Source: Xanthobacteraceae bacterium (GTDB taxonomy: Bacteria; Pseudomonadota; Alphaproteobacteria; Rhizobiales; Xanthobacteraceae). Taken from it: a stretch of 64,000 nucleotides of DNA. A program made the translations under genes and the position numbers. The notes under the pieces are model-generated. The model saw only the letters and a program-made list of their open reading frames with translations, had not been told where the DNA came from and did no database searches. The DNA lies in NCBI GenBank assembly GCA_035300505.1, contig DATGVJ010000374.1:1259-65258 (forward strand), written 5' to 3'. This document shows, piece by piece, positions 1-9,288 of the stretch. The stretch's first letter is position 1. The number at the start of each line of letters is the position of its first letter.

Positions 1-874
1 TCGCTTCTTCGAGATTGGGATGCAGGCCCATCACGATCCAATGCGTGGGCGTCTCGCCACGCGGCCAGACGAGTTTCATGTCCTTGCGCACGATGAACTG
101 GAAGCGCCCACGCAGGCCGGTTTCGATTGCCGAGAGATCGACTTCGCCGTGGCCCTGAGCCGCATGGGCATCGCCGGTGGAGAACAGCGCGCCCGGCGCA
201 TGAACCGGCATATAGAGAATGGAGCCGGCGCCAAGGTCCTTGTTGTCGAGATTACCGGTATGGACTCCCGGCGGCCCGCTCGAAACGCGGCCCATTGCGG
301 CCGGCGGCGCGACGCCCATCGTGCCGAAGAACGGCCGGTCGAGCGGGATCACCACGCCGCGCGCGACTTCGGCGGTCTTGGCCTGCCGATTGATCCGAAT
401 GATACGCTGCCACATGGCAGCGAATTCCTCGGGCAGCGCGCCCGTGAACGGGCGCTGCCGGTTGTACCCGTAATCGACGGCGAGACTGATATCGAGAATG
501 CGCACTTCGAGCACGTCACCCGGCACGGCACCGTTGATTGCAATGGGACCGGTGAGAATATGCGGGCCCGGGCCGCGATCCTTCACATCGCGATAGATGT
601 CGCGGACATATTGCGGCACCGCGCCAGGCGGCACCACGCCGGATTCATCGATCGACTCCGGCTCCATCGCCGCCGCGGTCTCGATCGTGACAATGTCGCC
701 GGAATTGATGGTCAGCGCCGGTTTAACATTGGCCGCGAAGTGGCCGATGTGAACGGTCTGCGGGCTCGGCATAAGTGTGAATTCGGCCGATTGGGCGATG
801 GAACCGATCGACAACGCAGCAATGGTTACTGCAAGCGATAGACAATATGAAATTCTGGATGTGGGCTTGGCCAT
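1..874 (-). CDS. acetamidase/formamidase-family amidohydrolase, secreted (3' end runs off the window start)
   Basis: Not in the ORF track because it is open at the window edge. Hand translation from ATG at 874 gives MAKPTSRISYCLSLAVTIAALSIGSIAQSAEFTLMPSPQTVHIGHF. In the same frame are DRGPGPHILTGPI (about 580-542) and ALFSTGDAHAAQGHGEV (190-141), both typical FmdA/AmdA motifs. Listed + ORF 20..841 is its antisense shadow. Confidence 0.7.
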   Translation of the reverse strand, partial: MAKPTSRISYCLSLAVTIAALSIGSIAQSAEFTLMPSPQTVHIGHFAANVKPALTINSGDIVTIETAAAMEPESIDESGVVPPGAVPQYVRDIYRDVKDRGPGPHILTGPIAINGAVPGDVLEVRILDISLAVDYGYNRQRPFTGALPEEFAAMWQRIIRINRQAKTAEVARGVVIPLDRPFFGTMGVAPPAAMGRVSSGPPGVHTGNLDNKDLGAGSILYMPVHAPGALFSTGDAHAAQGHGEVDLSAIETGLRGRFQFIVRKDMKLVWPRGETPTHWIVMGLHPNLEEA

Positions 875-1011
875 GCGCTGCTCCCAAAATGGAGGGCCAG
901 CGTGCATACTAGCACGCCTGTCCCTGCTCCGCGTCGGCAGAGACGGATGGATCGCGATCAAGGTGGCGGTCGCGCGCATCAGGTACACGGGCGTATAATC
1001 CTTGGTCGGAT

Positions 1012-1286
1012 CGTAGGGTGGGTAGAGGCAAAACGCGTCCTTTCTTTACGCGTTTTGCCGAAACCCATCAATCCCTCTCGCTGCGACACACGATCGGCTT
1101 ATCTCTCCCCAAACACTGCGCCATCGTCGTTACGATCGCCAGCCCAATCCTTTGGAAAAATGCCCTCACGCACCATCCGATGGAAGGAGGTTGATGATGG
1201 GTTTCGGCAAAGTGCGCAAGAAAGAGCGCGCCATAGCGCGTCTTAAGACGCGCGTAAACGCGCTGATGGCCTCTACCCATCCTACG
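1012..1286. repeat. MITE/REP-like element, family A (terminal inverted repeats CGTAGGGTGGGTAGAGG / CCTCTACCCATCCTACG)
   Basis: The left arm ends in GAAACCCATCA and the right arm begins TGATGGGTTTC. Internal GC-rich hairpins are present. Related copies lie at 39878-40043 and 44542-44704. Confidence 0.7.
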
Positions 1287-1313
1287 CAGTTTGGACTCCA
1301 CCTGCTCGCTCTC

Positions 1314-4277
1314 TCAAGGCGCCCTGCCCAAAATGCCCACGAAGCAGTTGCGGACCTTGACCTGCGTCTCCGCCACATAGGCCTCGAGCGTTGCAAAGTC
1401 GGGAACGTCAGCCGCCCGCGTGAGCAGGCTGATCAATTCCGGCGCAGCCGTCGCCGGATCAAACGGTCCCGTCAGACAGAGACGAAGCACTTGCGTCAGA
1501 TTGTGATACAGCCGCACGGCCGGACGCAAGACTTCCCAGTCGGCAGCCGCAAGAAGACTTAAGCGGGCAGCTTTTTCGAAGACGCGAGCGGTCGATGTGT
1601 CGAGAATATCGGGCACATCGGCGGCATGCACGATCTGGAGATATTGCGCGATGAACTCGAGGTCGATGAGGCCGCCGGCGACAAACTTGATATCCCAGCA
1701 CGTGCTGTCGCCCTTCTCCCGCGCAATCGCTCCGCGCATGTCGACCACATCGCCCGCAACTGCTACAGCGTCGCGCGGACGCGCCAGTACGGCGTCAATT
1801 ACTCGTTCGATTCGTGCCGTAAAATCAGGCGTTGCCGACACCACGCGGGCGCGCGTCAGCGCCAGATGTTCCCAGGTCCAGGCCTCTTTTTCCTGATAGT
1901 CGGCAAATCCATCAAGCTGCGTCGCCAGTGGTCCCGACCGTCCCGACGGACGCAACCGCATGTCGACCTGATAGAGCACCCCGTAATTGGTCGGCGCCGT
2001 CAGCGCGCTGATCAGGCGCTGGGTCAGGCGCGTAAAATACTGGCCGCCATAGAGCCGCCGCGCACCGTCGGATTCCGGGTGGTCATGATCGAAATCGTAG
2101 ACGACGATCAAATCGAGATCCGATGTCGCCGTCATTTCGCGACCGCCGAGCTTGCCGAGCGCCAGGATGGCGACATTCTGGTTCGCAAGGCGGCCGTGCG
2201 ATTTTGCAAAATCGTCTTCGACCAGGCGATGCAACGAGCGAATCAATACGTCCGCGACCCTGGCAAATGCCTCGCCAGCCTGCTCGGCGGATAGAGTTCC
2301 AGAGAGGATGCGGGTCCCGATCAGGAACATGTGCTCCTGCGCAAATACCCGGAAGCGATCGAGAAAGTCCTCGTGGTTGGCAGCCTGACTTATGGAACGG
2401 CCAAGCTCTGCGGCAAGCTCGGCTTCCTCAGGGAGAGCGCCGAAAAAGCTCGGATCGACGACGGCATCCATCAATCGCGGAAACTGGGCGAGACCGTCGG
2501 CCAGGCGTGGCGCTGACCCTAGGATCGATGCAAGCAGGCTGATGAGATCAGGATTTTGCCGCAGCAACGAAAACAGGTGACCCGGCACATGGAGTGCGCC
2601 CAGAAAACGATCAAACGCAAGAACCGCTGCATTGGGATCTGCGGCGCGCGCAAAATGCGGAATAACGAGCGGCACGATTTCGGCAAGCTGTTCATGCGCG
2701 CCGCTGCTGCGCAAGGCGCGATAGAACCCGCTGAGCCAGCGCCGCGCGAGCGCCGACACTTCACGCGGCTGTCGAAAGCCGAGCGCGCTGAGTTTGTCGA
2801 GCGTATCGCGATCGTCGGTATCCGGCGGAAACAAGAGGGCCCGCGCGTTGGCTTCAGCGGCGGGCGCATTTTCGAACAGCGCAGCATAATGCTGCTGAAC
2901 GCGGCGCAGATGCTCGATCAGCGTGTCCGCAAATGCGTCCCGATCCGGTAACCCAAAAAAGCGGGCGAAAAGCTCCAGGCCTTCGCGGTCACTCGGCAAG
3001 GTGTGGGTCTGTTCGTCAGCGACCATCTGCAAGCGGTGCTCGACCGAGCGCAGAAACCGATAAGCCTCGCCGAGTTCGTCACGAGCCTTCGCATCGATCC
3101 ACCCGCCGTCCGCAAGCGACGACAGCATCGCGAGCGTCTGGCGGTCGCGCAGTTCGGGATGGCGGCCGCCGGCAACGAGTTGCTGCGTTTGCACGAAAAA
3201 CTCGATCTCCCGAATACCGCCGCGGCCGAGCTTGATATTATGGCCTTCAACCGCGATCTCCCCGTGGCCGCGGTAGGCATGAATTTGCCGTTTCATGGCA
3301 TGGATGTCGGCAATGGCTCCGAAGTCGAGGTACTTGCGCCAAATGAATGAAGAGAGGCCGGTTAGCAGCCTTTCACCGGCCGCGATGTCGCCCGCACAGG
3401 CGCGCGCCTTGATCAGGGCGGCACGCTCCCAATTCTGTCCACGACGCTCATAATAATCGAGCGCTGCTGCGGTCGAAACGGCAAGCGGAGTCGAGGCCGG
3501 GTCGGGGCGCAGGCGCAGATCGGTACGAAACACATAGCCATCCTGGGTGCGCTCCGAAAGCAGCTTCACCAGCCGCTGCGTCATCCGTACGAAAAATGTC
3601 GAAGCCTCGGCATTGCGCAGCGGCGCGGCCGCATCAAAAAACACGATGAGATCGATGTCGCTCGAATAGTTGAGTTCGCCCGCCCCCATCTTGCCCATGG
3701 CCAGCACGATGTAGCCGCTGCCAAAATCCGGCCGGCCGGGATCGACAGGCACGAACTGGCCACGCCGGGTCGCGTCGGCAATGAGGTAGTGCACAGCAGA
3801 ACTGACTGCGCAATCGGCCAGACGCGTGAGCGCTTGCGTCACGCGCATGATCGGCCATACGCCCCCGATATCGCAAAGCGCGATCAGGAGCGCTGCCTCT
3901 GCCTTCAGGACTCGCAGGTGGCGCATGACGGTTGTCGCGTCGTCACTTGCCGCGATGGTAAGCGAAGTCTGCGTCAACAAGGCAACAAGGTGCTGTGCGG
4001 GATCGCGGGTCAGCAAGCGAACCGCGCGACCCGCATCCGCGCGCAAATGATCCCAAAGGTGCGGGGCAAATTCCGCCAGCCCCGCGGTCAGCTCCGCGAA
4101 TTTCGGATACTCGGCAAAAATCCGTGCAAGCGCCTCGCCATCGACCGTGCCGGCAATTTCAGCCAGCCACTCGGCCACGCGTGCCGGAGCCGCCCGCGGA
4201 TCCGCAAGCACCGGGAGCTGTACAATCTGCGCTGCCAGACCGTCATCTTGCCGCACGACCGTCCCTCCGTGGGTCAC
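1314..4277 (-). CDS. glnE: bifunctional glutamine synthetase adenylyltransferase/adenylyl-removing enzyme
   Basis: 987-aa ORF with two nucleotidyltransferase repeats, LAMGKMGAGELNYSSDIDLIVFFD and LALGKLGGREMTATSDLDLIVVYD. Size and duplicated architecture are typical of GlnE. Confidence 0.93.
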   Translation of the reverse strand: MTHGGTVVRQDDGLAAQIVQLPVLADPRAAPARVAEWLAEIAGTVDGEALARIFAEYPKFAELTAGLAEFAPHLWDHLRADAGRAVRLLTRDPAQHLVALLTQTSLTIAASDDATTVMRHLRVLKAEAALLIALCDIGGVWPIMRVTQALTRLADCAVSSAVHYLIADATRRGQFVPVDPGRPDFGSGYIVLAMGKMGAGELNYSSDIDLIVFFDAAAPLRNAEASTFFVRMTQRLVKLLSERTQDGYVFRTDLRLRPDPASTPLAVSTAAALDYYERRGQNWERAALIKARACAGDIAAGERLLTGLSSFIWRKYLDFGAIADIHAMKRQIHAYRGHGEIAVEGHNIKLGRGGIREIEFFVQTQQLVAGGRHPELRDRQTLAMLSSLADGGWIDAKARDELGEAYRFLRSVEHRLQMVADEQTHTLPSDREGLELFARFFGLPDRDAFADTLIEHLRRVQQHYAALFENAPAAEANARALLFPPDTDDRDTLDKLSALGFRQPREVSALARRWLSGFYRALRSSGAHEQLAEIVPLVIPHFARAADPNAAVLAFDRFLGALHVPGHLFSLLRQNPDLISLLASILGSAPRLADGLAQFPRLMDAVVDPSFFGALPEEAELAAELGRSISQAANHEDFLDRFRVFAQEHMFLIGTRILSGTLSAEQAGEAFARVADVLIRSLHRLVEDDFAKSHGRLANQNVAILALGKLGGREMTATSDLDLIVVYDFDHDHPESDGARRLYGGQYFTRLTQRLISALTAPTNYGVLYQVDMRLRPSGRSGPLATQLDGFADYQEKEAWTWEHLALTRARVVSATPDFTARIERVIDAVLARPRDAVAVAGDVVDMRGAIAREKGDSTCWDIKFVAGGLIDLEFIAQYLQIVHAADVPDILDTSTARVFEKAARLSLLAAADWEVLRPAVRLYHNLTQVLRLCLTGPFDPATAAPELISLLTRAADVPDFATLEAYVAETQVKVRNCFVGILGRAP

Positions 4278-4283
4278 GTGCAG

Positions 4284-5744
4284 TCATTTTGTCAAAGCGA
4301 TTGCGGCGGCGGGTCCGCCACGCGGCAAGGAGATGATGCATCGCAACCCCGGCCGATTGTCTTCGAGCTTAAGCTCACCGCCGTGCAAACGAGCCACCGC
4401 ATTCGCAAGGCTCAGTCCCAAACCCGAGCCAGGCTGCGAGCGGCTCTGTTCGAGCCGCACGAAACGTTCGACGGCGCGAGCGCGATCTGCCTCCGGAATT
4501 CCCGGGCCATTGTCGGAGACCGTCAGCAGAATACGATCGCCCTCACCGGCCCCAGCCTTGACGGTGATTTCGGGTTGCGCGCCGTTTCGTTGCGCCGGCG
4601 AGGGGGCATATTTAATCGCATTATCGACCAGATTGGCCAGCGCCTGGCTTACCAGTTCACGATTGCCGTGCAGCGGCACAGCCATGGGGGCATCGACCTT
4701 GAGAGACAGTCCCTTGTCGTCGGCAAGCGGTTCGTAGAGTTCCGCGATCCCGTGGGCGACTTCGGCGGCATCGAAATCGCTCATTTGATCACGCGCCTGG
4801 CCCGACTCCGCTCGCGCAATCAACAACAGTGCATTGAAGGTCCCGATCAATGCGTCCGATTCTTCGATCGTGCTTTCAAGTGCGGCACGGTATTGCGATT
4901 CGTCTTCTGCAATGCGCAATGCCTCTTCGCAACGATTGCGCAAACGCGTGAGCGGTGTCTTGAGATCATGAGCAATGTTGTCGGACACTTCCTTGACGCC
5001 GCGCATGAGCGCCTCGATGCGCTCAAGCATGATGTTGATATTGCCGGCCAGCCGATCGAGTTCGTCGCCCGTCCCTGCAATCGGCAGCCGTTCGGACAAG
5101 CCTCCTTGCATGATGGCCTGCGTCGTGTCCGTCATGGCGTCGACGCGTTTGAGCACGCGTCGCATCACAAAGACGCCACTCGCCAATCCAAGCAATATGA
5201 CGATCGCAAACGACCACTGCCCGGCCGCAAGAACGATTGCGCGCATCCGGTCGCGCTCTTCCAGGTCACGCCCGACCAGCAGGTGAAAGCCGCCGGCAAG
5301 CTGGACAACCTGAACCAGCGCGTGGTGCTGGCTCTGCTCGTTATCTTCAAACCGACGATAGAAGGTCTCAGTCCAACCCGGCGTATCGAGCACCCCCGGG
5401 CTGAGCGAATCGACATTGCCGGCAAGACCCTCGCCGGTCAACGTTGTAAGCAGATAGAGATTCGATCCCGGCCGGACCGCGCGCTCATCGATCGCAAAGA
5501 CCAGCCGGCGAATGCCGCCTTGGCTGTAGAGTTCGCGCAGACCCTGAATTTCCGTATCGACGGTTTCCGTGATCTGCTCGGTGATCAGGCGGCGCGTATT
5601 CCACGCGAAATAGACCAGCACAAACGCCGCAAAGAACGCAAACAATGTCAGGTAGACCAGCGTCAGCCGGAACGCCGTCGTCCGCAGGAGTTTGCCAATG
5701 GCGGTCACGTGCGCGGTCATGTGTACAGTCATGTGCGCCGGCAT
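4284..5744 (-). CDS. sensor histidine kinase (HAMP-HisKA-HATPase)
   Basis: H-box VSDNIAHDLKTPLTRL, N-box LVDNAIKYAP, G-boxes DNGPGIP and GSGLGLS, and two N-terminal TM helices. Start is set at ATG 5744 (alternative 5732), because the track start 5858 would overlap the upstream regulator. Confidence 0.85.
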   Translation of the reverse strand: MPAHMTVHMTAHVTAIGKLLRTTAFRLTLVYLTLFAFFAAFVLVYFAWNTRRLITEQITETVDTEIQGLRELYSQGGIRRLVFAIDERAVRPGSNLYLLTTLTGEGLAGNVDSLSPGVLDTPGWTETFYRRFEDNEQSQHHALVQVVQLAGGFHLLVGRDLEERDRMRAIVLAAGQWSFAIVILLGLASGVFVMRRVLKRVDAMTDTTQAIMQGGLSERLPIAGTGDELDRLAGNINIMLERIEALMRGVKEVSDNIAHDLKTPLTRLRNRCEEALRIAEDESQYRAALESTIEESDALIGTFNALLLIARAESGQARDQMSDFDAAEVAHGIAELYEPLADDKGLSLKVDAPMAVPLHGNRELVSQALANLVDNAIKYAPSPAQRNGAQPEITVKAGAGEGDRILLTVSDNGPGIPEADRARAVERFVRLEQSRSQPGSGLGLSLANAVARLHGGELKLEDNRPGLRCIISLPRGGPAAAIALTK

Positions 5745-5796
5745 TTGCGCCGTCTTGTGCCACCACTCTTGGTGGCTTCCCTGCGGGCCGGCGGCG

Positions 5797-6471
5797 TCAT
5801 TTGCTTTCGCGCAAGACGTAACCCGCGCCACGCACGGTCTGCAGCAGCGGATGGGCAAAACCTTTGTCGATTTTCGACCTCAGCCGCGAAATATGCACAT
5901 CGATGACGTTGGTTTGCGGATCGAAATGATAGTCCCACACATTTTCCAACAACATCGTGCGCGTGACCACCTGGCCGGCATGCCGCATGAGGTATTCGAG
6001 CAGCCGAAATTCGCGCGGCTGCAGATCGATCTCCTGGTCCGCGCGCACTACGCGATGTGACAGCCGGTCGAGTTCCAGGTCGCCAACGCGGTAGACTGTT
6101 TCTTCGCGGCTGCCACGGCGGCGGGCGAGCACTTCGATGCGCGCCAATAATTCGGAGAACGAATAGGGCTTGGGAAGGTAGTCATCGCCGCCGGCACGCA
6201 ATCCTTTGACCCTGTCATCGACCTGGCCGAGCGCCGACAGGATGAGCGCCGGCGTCTCGATGTTCTTCTTGCGTAACGTTCCAATCAAAGTGAGACCATC
6301 GAGCTTTGGCAGCATACGATCGACGATCAGCACGTCGTATTGCCCGTCAAGTGCGAGAGCGAGCCCTTCCTCTCCGTCACCCGCAAGGTCGGCCACATGT
6401 CCGACTTCGCGAAATGCCTTGGTGAGATATTCGGCGGCATCGCGGTCGTCTTCGATGATCAAAAGGCGCAT
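5797..6471 (-). CDS. OmpR-family response regulator
   Basis: MRLLIIEDDRD receiver domain with LIVDRMLPKLDG, and a winged-helix C-terminus (VHISRLRSKIDKGF..TVRGAGYVL). Start ATG 6471 was verified in the DNA. Confidence 0.9.
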   Translation of the reverse strand: MRLLIIEDDRDAAEYLTKAFREVGHVADLAGDGEEGLALALDGQYDVLIVDRMLPKLDGLTLIGTLRKKNIETPALILSALGQVDDRVKGLRAGGDDYLPKPYSFSELLARIEVLARRRGSREETVYRVGDLELDRLSHRVVRADQEIDLQPREFRLLEYLMRHAGQVVTRTMLLENVWDYHFDPQTNVIDVHISRLRSKIDKGFAHPLLQTVRGAGYVLRESK

Positions 6472-6530
6472 GTCGAACGGGCCATTCTGGCAGCCGCTGG
6501 AGCGCGTCCCATTCAAATTGAACCGGTAAC

Positions 6531-6604
6531 GCGCTCCAGCTTGTTGAGTTGACGCGTTTTCTTACGTGAACCGGAGGCCCATTTCGCCGGAAAACGCTGT
6601 AGTG
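6531..6604. repeat. about 74-nt extragenic repeat, family C
   Basis: GCGCTCCAGCTTGTTGAGTTGACGCGTTTTCTTACGTGAACCGGAGGCCCATTTCGCCGGAAAACGCTGTAG is nearly identical to 57489-57562. Confidence 0.7.
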
Positions 6605-6733
6605 CGGCGAATCTGACGTTGCCATCATATCCTGGCAAATACGTTTAGAAACGCAAATACATCTAGTGTTCCGGCGCTGACGAAAGATTCCGACAGTTGT
6701 GAATCGATGGCCCCGAGGCTGGCTCGGTCTGTT

Positions 6734-6840
6734 CCCTCTCCCCTTTGGGGAGAGGGTTAGGGTGAGGGGGGCTTGAACGGGGATTTCCGTTCCCCCTCAC
6801 CCCGACCCTCTCCCCAAAGGGGCCCCAAAGGGGAGAGGGA
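6734..6840. repeat. GC-rich palindromic REP (CTCTCCCCTTTGGGGAGAGGG type)
   Basis: Left arm CCCTCTCCCCTTTGGGGAGAGGGTTAGGGTGAGGGG pairs with right arm CCCCTCACCCCGACCCTCTCCCCAAAGGGG, plus an extra half copy. It lies in the degP / response-regulator intergenic region. Confidence 0.7.
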
Positions 6841-7097
6841 GTCGACCGAGTTCGTCGATCGTTCAGTGACTCACACACGGCAGCTCTCAAGACCGGGAAC
6901 CAAGTATCAGAGTCGCAGCACTAGAAACGCAAGAGAGGAGCGGTGGGTTTTATCCCGCCGCTCCTCATGTCCAGCCCGACAGGGGCAACGGAAACCGGGC
7001 TGGCACGAAATCGCGGGGACGGGCAACGCACACGCCCGTCCCCCTGGTTCGAGCCACCGGCGGGGGCGACGAATGCCGGTGACACGTCCCATTCCGA

Positions 7098-8639
7098 TCA
7101 GGCTCGACCGAGCCGAAATGCGAGAAACTTGGTGCCGTCGCCGGACTTGATCCTCAGCAGCACAGTGCGTCGGCCGTCCTTTTGCGCATCGCCGAGGGCA
7201 TTGCGAATGTCGGCTGGCGACGCGACTTTCTTGCCTGCGGCTTCAAGAATGACATCACCGGTCTTGAGCCCATGTTCGGCGCCAATGCCATTGGGGTCGA
7301 CATTGGTGACCACCACGCCTTCGGAGCCGCTTCCGGCGACCTCGCCAGCCGGCGCGAGCGTGAGCCCTAGCCGCGGGACGGAAGTTCCGCTTGGAGGACG
7401 AGTTTCTGGAACCGCGCGTGCCTCGCGCTGGTTTGGCAAATCGCCAAGCGTGAGGGTGATGATCTTCTCCTGGCCTTTTTGCAGCACGGTCAATTTTACC
7501 GATGCGCCCGGCGCCATGCTGCCGATCGTGCGCGCGAGATCGCGAGCATCCTTCAGGGCAACACCATTGACCGCGGTGATCACGTCTCCGGCCTGAATGC
7601 CAGCCTTGATGGCTGGACCATCGGCTTGGGGCTCGGCCACCAGAGCGCCACTCGTCCCTTTGAGTCCGAGGCTGTCAGCAATGTCGGAGGTAACCGGCTG
7701 GATCTGCACACCGATCCACCCGCGCGCCACGCTGCCCTTGTCTTTGAGCTGCCCGACCACCGTCTTCACAGTTTCGGCCGGGATCGCGAATGCAATTCCC
7801 ACCGAGCCGCCGGAGGGCGAGAAGATGGCGGTATTCACACCGATCACGGCGCCGTCAATGTCGAAAGTCGGCCCGCCGGAATTGCCCTTGTTCACGGGTG
7901 CGTCAATCTGGATGAAGTCGTCGTAGGGTCCCGCCCCGATATCCCGACCGCGCGCAGAAACAATACCCGCCGTTACGGTGCCACCGAGACCGAATGGATT
8001 TCCAACCGCAAGCACCCAGTCGCCGATGCGCGGTGCTTTTTCCGCAAAGCGCACAAAGGGAAAATCAGTGCGCCCATCGACTTTGATCAAGGCCACATCG
8101 GTGCGCGTATCGGTTCCGATTACCTTGGCGCCATAGGTCTTGCCGTCATCCGTCACGATCTCGACCATGTCGGCCTTGTCGACGACGTGATTATTGGTGA
8201 CCGCGTAGCCATCAGCTGAAATGAAGAACCCGGACCCTTGACCGGTCACCGGAACGCGGCCGCCGCGCTGCGGCCGTTGATCATTGGGCGTTCCCGGGGT
8301 GGCGTCCGGCAATCCAAATCGACGAAAAAAGCGCTCCATCGGAGAACCCGGCGGTAGAACCCCGTTGCCTCCATCCAATCCCAGCAGGCGGGAACTCGCC
8401 TCCGATCTGATGCGAACCGAAATGACCGCCGGTTTCACCGTTTCGACAATGTCGGCAAAACCAACCGGCCGCTGCATGTTTTGCGCATTTGCGGTCGCCG
8501 GACTGAAACTCAGCCGCGGAGATATGGAGGGGGCTGAAAAAAGAATCGCGGCTCCAAGACCGGCGACGCCGGCCATCAGCGCTATACGCCGCCCCGAAAA
8601 CGTTCCGAATTTTTGAATAGTGTTCGGGCTTGTCGTCAT
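7098..8639 (-). CDS. degP: periplasmic serine endoprotease DegP/HtrA family (two PDZ domains)
   Basis: Triad contexts TNNHVV, DVALIKV and NKGNSGGP, followed by two PDZ-like regions and preceded by a signal peptide. Start is ATG 8639, with GGAG 9 nt upstream. Position downstream of ccmH matches known alphaproteobacterial synteny. Confidence 0.9.
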   Translation of the reverse strand: MTTSPNTIQKFGTFSGRRIALMAGVAGLGAAILFSAPSISPRLSFSPATANAQNMQRPVGFADIVETVKPAVISVRIRSEASSRLLGLDGGNGVLPPGSPMERFFRRFGLPDATPGTPNDQRPQRGGRVPVTGQGSGFFISADGYAVTNNHVVDKADMVEIVTDDGKTYGAKVIGTDTRTDVALIKVDGRTDFPFVRFAEKAPRIGDWVLAVGNPFGLGGTVTAGIVSARGRDIGAGPYDDFIQIDAPVNKGNSGGPTFDIDGAVIGVNTAIFSPSGGSVGIAFAIPAETVKTVVGQLKDKGSVARGWIGVQIQPVTSDIADSLGLKGTSGALVAEPQADGPAIKAGIQAGDVITAVNGVALKDARDLARTIGSMAPGASVKLTVLQKGQEKIITLTLGDLPNQREARAVPETRPPSGTSVPRLGLTLAPAGEVAGSGSEGVVVTNVDPNGIGAEHGLKTGDVILEAAGKKVASPADIRNALGDAQKDGRRTVLLRIKSGDGTKFLAFRLGRA

Positions 8640-8794
8640 GTCATTCGACTCCATCGTAGGAAAGATTGCAGAGGTTGCAGGAAGCGGTGCACCCACGCAC
8701 CGTGTTCACGCTAAGATGGGGGTAAGCGTCTTACCCCAACCTGACCGCAGAATTAATCTTTGGTAATATCGCGCTTTAATTGCGATAATTGCGA

Positions 8795-9283
8795 TCAAGT
8801 CTCGCCCGACTTGAGAAGGCTCGCCAAACGCGCCTCCTCGGCAGGCGTGAGTTGGCCGCCCTCGGGCTTTCCGGGATTGACCGCGCCGGCCGCCTTGCGA
8901 CGGCGCGCAATGCGAACCAGCGCCACCAGGCCCCCCAGCACCAATGCGGGCGGCATGCCCCAAAGCAATACCGTGTACATCGTCAATCGCGGCCTCAGCA
9001 GCACGAAATCGCCATAGCGGGCAACCAGAAAATCGATCACTTGATTGTCCGAATCGCCCTGTGTCAGGCGTTCGCGTACCAGAATGCGCAAATCCTTGGC
9101 CAGCGGCGCATCGGAATCGTCAATCGACTGATTCTGACACACCATGCAGCGCAATTCTTTCGACAGGCCGCGGGCTCGAACTTCGAGCACCGGGTCGCTG
9201 AGCACCTCGTCCGGCTGCACGGCAAGCGCTTGCGCAGGCACAAGCAAAGTCAGCGCAACGACCATTGACTGCAGCAAACGCAT
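8795..9283 (-). CDS. ccmH: cytochrome c-type biogenesis protein CcmH/CycL
   Basis: Signal peptide, LRCMVCQNQSIDDSDAPLA (the CxxC motif of CcmH) and a C-terminal TM helix. Confidence 0.92.
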   Translation of the reverse strand: MRLLQSMVVALTLLVPAQALAVQPDEVLSDPVLEVRARGLSKELRCMVCQNQSIDDSDAPLAKDLRILVRERLTQGDSDNQVIDFLVARYGDFVLLRPRLTMYTVLLWGMPPALVLGGLVALVRIARRRKAAGAVNPGKPEGGQLTPAEEARLASLLKSGET

Positions 9284-9288
9284 TCGCC

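Noticed and set aside
20-841. 273-aa plus-strand ORF at the window start.
   Set aside because: It is antisense to an edge-truncated formamidase-family gene whose minus-strand frame carries clear family motifs and a signal peptide.
3789-5906. 705-aa plus-strand ORF.
   Set aside because: It spans the glnE / histidine-kinase junction antisense to both recognisable genes, and no motifs were found in it.
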